From Escherichia phage HK633: a stretch of 41,528 nucleotides of DNA. Position numbers and translations under genes: made by a program. This document shows positions 36,997 through 41,528 of this stretch, in pieces. Below the pieces are notes generated by a model. It had not been told where the DNA came from. It searched no databases and was given only the letters and a program-made list of their open reading frames with translations. The DNA lies in the sequence record NC_019719.1; one strand, 5' to 3'. Position 1 is the stretch's first letter. Each line of letters starts with the position of its first letter.

Positions 36997-37882
36997 CATT
37001 TCTGCAATCCGGTCAGGACTTTCGAGTTAATGCGTGCTGCACGACACGTTGACACTCATACGCGAGAGCCCTGAGCCAGATTGAAGGCTATCAGGTAAGA
37101 GCATATCGACGCACTGATAGGGCTGGATTGGAAGATCATTCAGAGACCCGGCAGACAGATGTGTTCTTTCCGATGGTTTTCGTAAGCGACTTTGCGGTTT
37201 TTTAGAAACTGATCACAAAGATAAATGCAAACGAAGAAATGTATCTGGCCGTAGCTTAACCGCTAAACACCAGTGAGGTATTCCAGTTCCTCATCAACGA
37301 ATCTGGCGCACTGGCCCGGTGTGATTAATAATGGGCACACAACAGGTAAGAGCATTAAAGAACTGGCAAAGAGCTTAACGGTCTGCGAAAGCATTTCTTA
37401 GTGGCACAACTGGCCGGTACAACTGAGTGCTCTTTCCGGTGTGGTGAATGCGCAGGCTGATGCGCGCAGGAGAGCTTCGGAAGAACAAGGTGCCTGTATA
37501 CAAGCCGGAGATCAGCGCCGGCCACCACAGCCAAATCCACCCAGAGCAAAACCGTTGTTCATCCTTACCATTCCCTCAGTATTTTGGGCTACAACCCTCA
37601 GCCCATTTTTTAAAGCGTACTTCCACCAAGAACCAGACCTAACCAACTCATTGCTGACACTCTGTGGATACGGTTGTCTAGTGCGCTTTAAAAAAGAAAA
37701 CCCAGCATCAATGGCTGGGCTTCGTGATATGAGCGGCATGTATTGTTGGCGCAATCCACGCCTGATTTGCTCATGAATGCGGTCACGAACAAACCCGTTA
37801 CAAATCAACCGTAACCCGGATTTGTTCAAGCGACCATATCCATAATTCCTAATTTGAACAGATCCCCTTCTGGGGGTAAGAC

Positions 37883-38206
37883 ATGAAGATGCCAGAAAAA
37901 AATGACCTGTTAGCCGCCATTCTCGCGGCAAAGGAACAAGGCATCGGGGCAATCCTTGCGTTTGCAATGGCGTACCTTCGCGGCAGATATAATGGCGGTG
38001 CGTTTACAAAAACAGTAATCGACGCAACGATGTGCGCCATTATCGCCTGGTTCATTCGTGACCTTCTCGACTTCGCCGGACTAAGTAGCAATCTCGCTTA
38101 TATAACGAGCGTGTTTATCGGCTACATCGGTACTGACTCGATTGGTTCGCTTATCAAACGCTTCGCTGCTAAAAAAGCCGGAGTAGAAGATGGTGGAAAT
38201 CAATAA
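37883..38206 (+). CDS. S: Holin S (class I, dual-start)
   Basis: 107 aa; begins MKMPEKN (Met1-Lys2-Met3 dual start as in lambda S105/S107); three TM segments. Confidence 0.95.
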   Translation: MKMPEKNDLLAAILAAKEQGIGAILAFAMAYLRGRYNGGAFTKTVIDATMCAIIAWFIRDLLDFAGLSSNLAYITSVFIGYIGTDSIGSLIKRFAAKKAGVEDGGNQ

Positions 38207-38666
38207 TCAACGCAAGGCGTTCCTCGATATGCTGGCGTGGTCAGAGGGAACTGATAACGGACGTCAGAAAACCAGAAATCATGGTTATGACGTCATTGTT
38301 GGCGGAGAGCTATTCACTGATTACTCCGATCACCCTCGCAAACTTGTCACGCTAAACCCCAAACTCAAATCAACAGCAGCCGGACGTTACCAGCTTCTTT
38401 CCCGTTGGTGGGATGCCTATCGTAAGCAGCTTGGCCTGAAAGACTTCTCTCCGAAAAGCCAGGACGCTGTGGCATTGCAGCAGATTAAAGAGCGTGGCGC
38501 TTTACCGATGATTGATCGGGGTGATATTCGTCAGGCTATTGATCGTTGCAGCAATATTTGGGCTTCATTGCCCGGTGCTGGCTACGGTCAGTATGAACAC
38601 AAGATCGATAGTCTGATTGCCAAATTCAAAGAAGCTGGCGGGGTGGTTAATGAAACTTCGCTATAA
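38190..38666 (+). CDS. R: Endolysin R (lytic transglycosylase)
   Basis: 158 aa; matches lambda R as recalled ([24 protein letters not shown]...). Confidence 0.95.
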   Translation: MVEINNQRKAFLDMLAWSEGTDNGRQKTRNHGYDVIVGGELFTDYSDHPRKLVTLNPKLKSTAAGRYQLLSRWWDAYRKQLGLKDFSPKSQDAVALQQIKERGALPMIDRGDIRQAIDRCSNIWASLPGAGYGQYEHKIDSLIAKFKEAGGVVNETSL

Positions 38667-39111
38667 GCTGGTTATTTCTGCTTTCCTCCTGACTTTATTC
38701 GGTTCTCTCGTCTGGTCAGCTAATCATTACCACAATAAAGCCATTGAATACAAAAAACAGCGCGACGAAAACGCTATGGCATTAGATTCGGCTATGGCGA
38801 CGATCTCTGATATGCAGAAGCGTCAACGTGACGTAGCAGAACTCGATGCCAGATATACAAAGGAGCTTGCTGATGCTAACGCGACTATCGAAAGTCTCCG
38901 TGCTGATGTTTCTGCTGGTCGTAAGCGCCTGCAAGTCGCCGCCACCTGTGCAAAGTCAACGACCGGAGCCAGCAGCATGGGCGATGGAGAAAGCCCAGGA
39001 CTTACAGCAGATGCTGAACTCAATTATTACCGTCTCCGAAGTGGAATCGACAAGATAACCGCGCAGGTTAACTACCTGCAGGAATACATCAGGACGCAAT
39101 GCCTGAAATAA
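38650..39111 (+). CDS. Rz: Spanin inner-membrane subunit Rz
   Basis: 153 aa from ATG 38650; N-terminal TM helix then coiled coil; overlaps R 3' end. Confidence 0.8.
   Translation: MKLRYKLVISAFLLTLFGSLVWSANHYHNKAIEYKKQRDENAMALDSAMATISDMQKRQRDVAELDARYTKELADANATIESLRADVSAGRKRLQVAATCAKSTTGASSMGDGESPGLTADAELNYYRLRSGIDKITAQVNYLQEYIRTQCLK
38873..39058 (+). CDS. Rz1: Spanin outer-membrane lipoprotein Rz1 (embedded in Rz, +1 frame)
   Basis: 61 aa from ATG 38873 with AAGGAG RBS 7 nt upstream; lipobox VVSAC then Pro-rich region. Confidence 0.65.
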   Translation: MLTRLSKVSVLMFLLVVSACKSPPPVQSQRPEPAAWAMEKAQDLQQMLNSIITVSEVESTR

Positions 39112-39142
39112 TTTTTTTGCAAATCACAAAGTCAATTTAATG

Positions 39143-39168
39143 AGCCTCGCGAAAAGCGGGGCTTTTTT
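39143..39168 (+). terminator. Intrinsic terminator after lysis genes (AGCCTCGC-GAAAA-GCGGGGCT + T6)
   Basis: 8-bp stem with one G-U pair, 5-nt loop, TTTTTT. Confidence 0.7.
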
Positions 39169-39318
39169 ATGTCCGCAGTAAACGCGCATTCTCGTGCGCA
39201 TATCAACCAAGAGCTTTTCGGGATATGAGACAGAGACAGGACGGTGGCTTACATCGTGCCGCTCTTGGGCTGTCCATGTCTGCGAGAACTGGCTCATATC
39301 ACCAAAAAGGTAAATACG

Positions 39319-39549
39319 ATGTCCAATATCATCCCGATTGATTTCGAAGGCCATCCCATGCGTTTTTCTGACGATGGCTGGTTTGACGCGACTGCGGCAG
39401 CTGACAAGTTCAACAAGGAGCCGGCTCAGTGGCTTAGGCTTCCTGAGACTGTCCGTTACATCGAGGCGTTAAAGAGTAGATATGGGAATATCACATATGT
39501 AAAAACCAGCCGCGCTCGCAAAGAAAGTGCCTGGTGGAAGCATAAATAA
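39319..39549 (+). CDS. KilA-N domain protein
   Basis: 76 aa from ATG 39319; motif GWFDATAAADKFNKEPAQWLRLPETVRYIEAL resembles the KilA-N/APSES core. Confidence 0.5.
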   Translation: MSNIIPIDFEGHPMRFSDDGWFDATAAADKFNKEPAQWLRLPETVRYIEALKSRYGNITYVKTSRARKESAWWKHK

Positions 39550-39560
39550 CTGGAGGACTT

Positions 39561-39896
39561 ATGATTTCGTATGAGGTTGAGTTTCCGACCCATAAATCGT
39601 TTAGCTTAAAAATTAATGGTTACTCTTCAACAGAGGGGCTGGATTGTAAAACGGTTGAGGCTATTGGCGGAGACGTCAACGTGCGGCTCGAAAAGAAGAC
39701 TCTGTTGATGGTCCCTTATCATGAAGACATCACGCCAGATTTCACCTTGGAAGGTTACAAGCAGCGCGCTGAAACTTACGCGAAAACTGTGATCGATCAG
39801 ATTGTTAATGCGGCTCAGCACCGAGCCGCTGACGATTTAATTCAGGAAGTTACGAACGCGGTTACTTCTTCTGAATTATTTTCTCAACTCTCTTAA
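39561..39896 (+). CDS. Hypothetical protein
   Basis: 111 aa; GGAGG RBS 4 nt upstream of ATG. Confidence 0.5.
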   Translation: MISYEVEFPTHKSFSLKINGYSSTEGLDCKTVEAIGGDVNVRLEKKTLLMVPYHEDITPDFTLEGYKQRAETYAKTVIDQIVNAAQHRAADDLIQEVTNAVTSSELFSQLS

Positions 39897-40107
39897 TCGC
39901 CTCGTGAGCATCTGGGGCCGATGAAATTTCAGGCGGTGTAACCTCCTTCAGTACATCCATCAGAACGTCCCTAACATTCTGTTTTGGTGACAGTTTGTTA
40001 ACAGCTTCAATAATCAGAGAAAAAACCAGTTTATTGGTGGCTTTTTCAATCTGTAATTCACGTTGTAAATCTGCAACTGCTTTTTCCAGTTCTGACATGG
40101 AACCCAT
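39862..40107 (-). CDS. Hypothetical helical protein on the opposite strand (convergent moron)
   Basis: 81 aa; AGGA-type RBS; 3' end overlaps 39561-39896 by 35 nt; antisense to late transcription. Confidence 0.4.
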   Translation of the reverse strand: MGSMSELEKAVADLQRELQIEKATNKLVFSLIIEAVNKLSPKQNVRDVLMDVLKEVTPPEISSAPDAHEAIKRVEKIIQKK

Positions 40108-40236
40108 GGGTATTTTCCTTTTCAGAGGTAATCAGCCATCCCTCCGCATTGAATGCGCCAGTGTCCCACCACTGACGGGCTGAATGCTTACCTTAACCAG
40201 GGTTAATGAGAAGTAACACCCTGATATTCAGACAGT

Positions 40237-40259
40237 AGCCGCCATCGTGCGGCTTTTTT
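40237..40259 (+). terminator. Intrinsic terminator (AGCCGC-CATCGT-GCGGCT + T6)
   Basis: Perfect 6-bp stem and T6 run, 16 nt before the next gene. Confidence 0.7.
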
Positions 40260-40274
40260 ATTAGAGATTCGCTG

Positions 40275-40862
40275 GTGGCTGAAGACATAAAATTTGTGGT
40301 GGTCGGCCATCACATCCGCTTAGGACATGCACAACGTCTTGCTGCGCTGCTGCATGCTCATCTGCTGGTTGATGACGATAACCACGGCGCGAACTGGAAT
40401 CATCGCCGCGCGCTTGAGTGGGCAGCAGAACAAACCTGCCGGGTAGTGGTGTTGGAAGACGACGCACTGCCAGTACATGGATTCGCCGAAAAGGTAACGT
40501 ACTGGCTGGCGCGCTTCCCTGACGACATGCTGAGCTTTTATCTCGGTACCGGCCGACCGCCGCAGTATCAGAAAGAGATTGCCGGAATGCTGGTGGAATC
40601 AGACAGAGTAAACGCTGATTACCTTGTTCTTAACAAACTGATTCACGGCGTATGTTATAGCCCTCCTCAGGGCAGGCTGGCGCGCATGCTTAACGCATGG
40701 AATAAAACGCTGGCAGCTGATTACGCCGTCGGTGAGGCATTCGGTGGCCGGGTGATTTATCCGTGTTACTCGCTGGTGGATCACGCTGACCTCCCGACGG
40801 TTGAGCGTCACCCTGACAACGAACCGAGGACGGAACGCCGCCGCGCATGGAGACTGGCATGA
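40275..40862 (+). CDS. Hypothetical alpha/beta protein translationally coupled to HNH endonuclease
   Basis: 195 aa from GTG 40275 (no in-frame ATG for about 90 codons); stop overlaps HNH ATG (ATGA); beta-alpha-beta pattern with DDD and VVVLEDD acidic motifs. Confidence 0.5.
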   Translation: MAEDIKFVVVGHHIRLGHAQRLAALLHAHLLVDDDNHGANWNHRRALEWAAEQTCRVVVLEDDALPVHGFAEKVTYWLARFPDDMLSFYLGTGRPPQYQKEIAGMLVESDRVNADYLVLNKLIHGVCYSPPQGRLARMLNAWNKTLAADYAVGEAFGGRVIYPCYSLVDHADLPTVERHPDNEPRTERRRAWRLA

Positions 40863-41200
40863 ACAAAGAGCCCCGCGTATATGGCAGCCGATGGGATAAG
40901 GCCCGTCTGCGTTTCCTGCAGCAGCACCCACTATGTGTGATGTGCGAGCAGCAGGGGCGCATAACACCAGCAACGGTGGTCGACCATATCGTGCCCCACA
41001 AACTGAAAGATGCGCTTAAGTCAGGTAACCCTCTGGCCATATCGAAAGCACAGCTCCTGTTCTGGAGTAAAGAGAACTGGCAGCCACTGTGCAAAGCGCA
41101 TCATGACTCAACGAAACAGAGAATGGAGAAGAGCGGCGCGGTAATCGGTTGTGATGCCAACGGCTACCCGCTCGATCCTGCGTCTCACTGGAGCACGTAA
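40859..41200 (+). CDS. HNH endonuclease (terminase-associated, HK97 gp74-like)
   Basis: 113 aa from ATG 40859 (GGAGA RBS); C-x2-C ... H ... H-N-H zinc-finger pattern (CVMCEQQGR...VDHIVPH...CKAHH). Confidence 0.8.
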   Translation: MNKEPRVYGSRWDKARLRFLQQHPLCVMCEQQGRITPATVVDHIVPHKLKDALKSGNPLAISKAQLLFWSKENWQPLCKAHHDSTKQRMEKSGAVIGCDANGYPLDPASHWST

Positions 41201-41403
41201 TGAAAGACCTCATCATTGAATACCGAGACGGTAAGTTTGTTCAGCTGGCGATTGATGGCGTGGAGATGAAGCGCGTAACGTCTATCCAGTTCTCCCACAC
41301 CTTAGGCGAGGACGTACCGACATTGACCGTGTCAGGACATGTGTGGTCCGAGTATGGGAAAGGCGATCACAAACTCGAACAGGTAGACAAACATTCGGCA
41401 TAG
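41200..41403 (+). CDS. Hypothetical small protein
   Basis: 67 aa; TAATG overlap with HNH stop; last ORF before the genome end. Confidence 0.45.
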   Translation: MKDLIIEYRDGKFVQLAIDGVEMKRVTSIQFSHTLGEDVPTLTVSGHVWSEYGKGDHKLEQVDKHSA

Positions 41404-41528
41404 CGCGGCGGCGGCAAGTCGATTATCTATCATGTGAAATCATTTCAAATGCAACGATATCAAATGAGAATGAATCGCATTCAGGGCAGGGGGGGGATCA
41501 AATCTTCAAAACCTTTGCCCTAAATGAC

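Noticed and set aside
36862-37882. tRNA genes between Q and S
   Set aside because: Many lambdoid phages carry tRNAs here, but I found no T-loop (GGTTCGAnTCC-like) or acceptor-stem pattern by eye; this needs a proper tRNA scan.
37355-37967. ORFs in the late leader (37355-37549, 37441-37776, 37448-37642, 37512-37967)
   Set aside because: Region corresponds to the lambda late-leader non-coding sequence; frames overlap each other and the S start; no credible start context.
39124-39354. 76-aa minus-strand ORF after Rz
   Set aside because: Overlaps the post-Rz terminator and the start of the KilA-N gene; no RBS.
40599-41216. Minus-strand ORFs antisense to the 195-aa gene and HNH (40599-40973, 40690-41094, 41016-41216)
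   Set aside because: Antisense to two coupled genes with good start contexts; Arg/Cys/Pro-rich composition typical of antisense translation of GC-rich coding DNA.

Overview
The window reads as an essentially complete temperate lambdoid siphophage genome (about 41.5 kb) laid out in packaged, cos-to-cos order. No database search was possible; every family call rests on reading the sequence and on recall of well-known phage proteins and sites. Left to right: HK97-type packaging and head genes (TerS, TerL, portal, prohead protease, and a 385-aa major capsid protein carrying the HK97 residues Lys169, Asn356, Glu363 and the Lys103 delta-domain boundary); a lambda-like tail module (major tail protein, G/T chaperones, tape measure, M, L, K, I, J) interrupted by two paralogous YebO/HK97-gp15-like membrane-protein morons; J-coupled ORFs, a lipoprotein moron and a tail-fibre-like gene; a candidate attP; then, on the minus strand, a P4-type integrase, an AlpA-type excisionase and an early-left operon with a P22-like Erf/SSB recombination cassette plus small cIII and kil genes, and lambda N with a lambda nutL. 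The immunity region is phage-434 type (three 14-bp ACAA-N6-TTGT operators on each side, 434 cro), followed by lambda nutR, cII and PRE, an iteron-containing O-like initiator, a DnaB-like helicase, a nin region (NinB/E/F, Rha antirepressor, DUF1364, RusA, NinH), lambda Q, PR' and a tR'-like terminator, lambda-type S/R/Rz/Rz1 lysis genes, a small moron cluster and an HNH endonuclease next to the terminase. The most striking points are: the cI repressor gene is interrupted by an in-frame TGA at the position of Trp59; a secreted-protein gene of unknown family sits at the rex position and is translationally coupled to cI; and several accessory loci (the duplicated gp15-like morons, the post-Rz cluster, the J-distal lipoprotein, a repeat-flanked membrane protein in the PL operon) are candidate exclusion or defence functions. 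None of these is a demonstrated new system; they are hypotheses.
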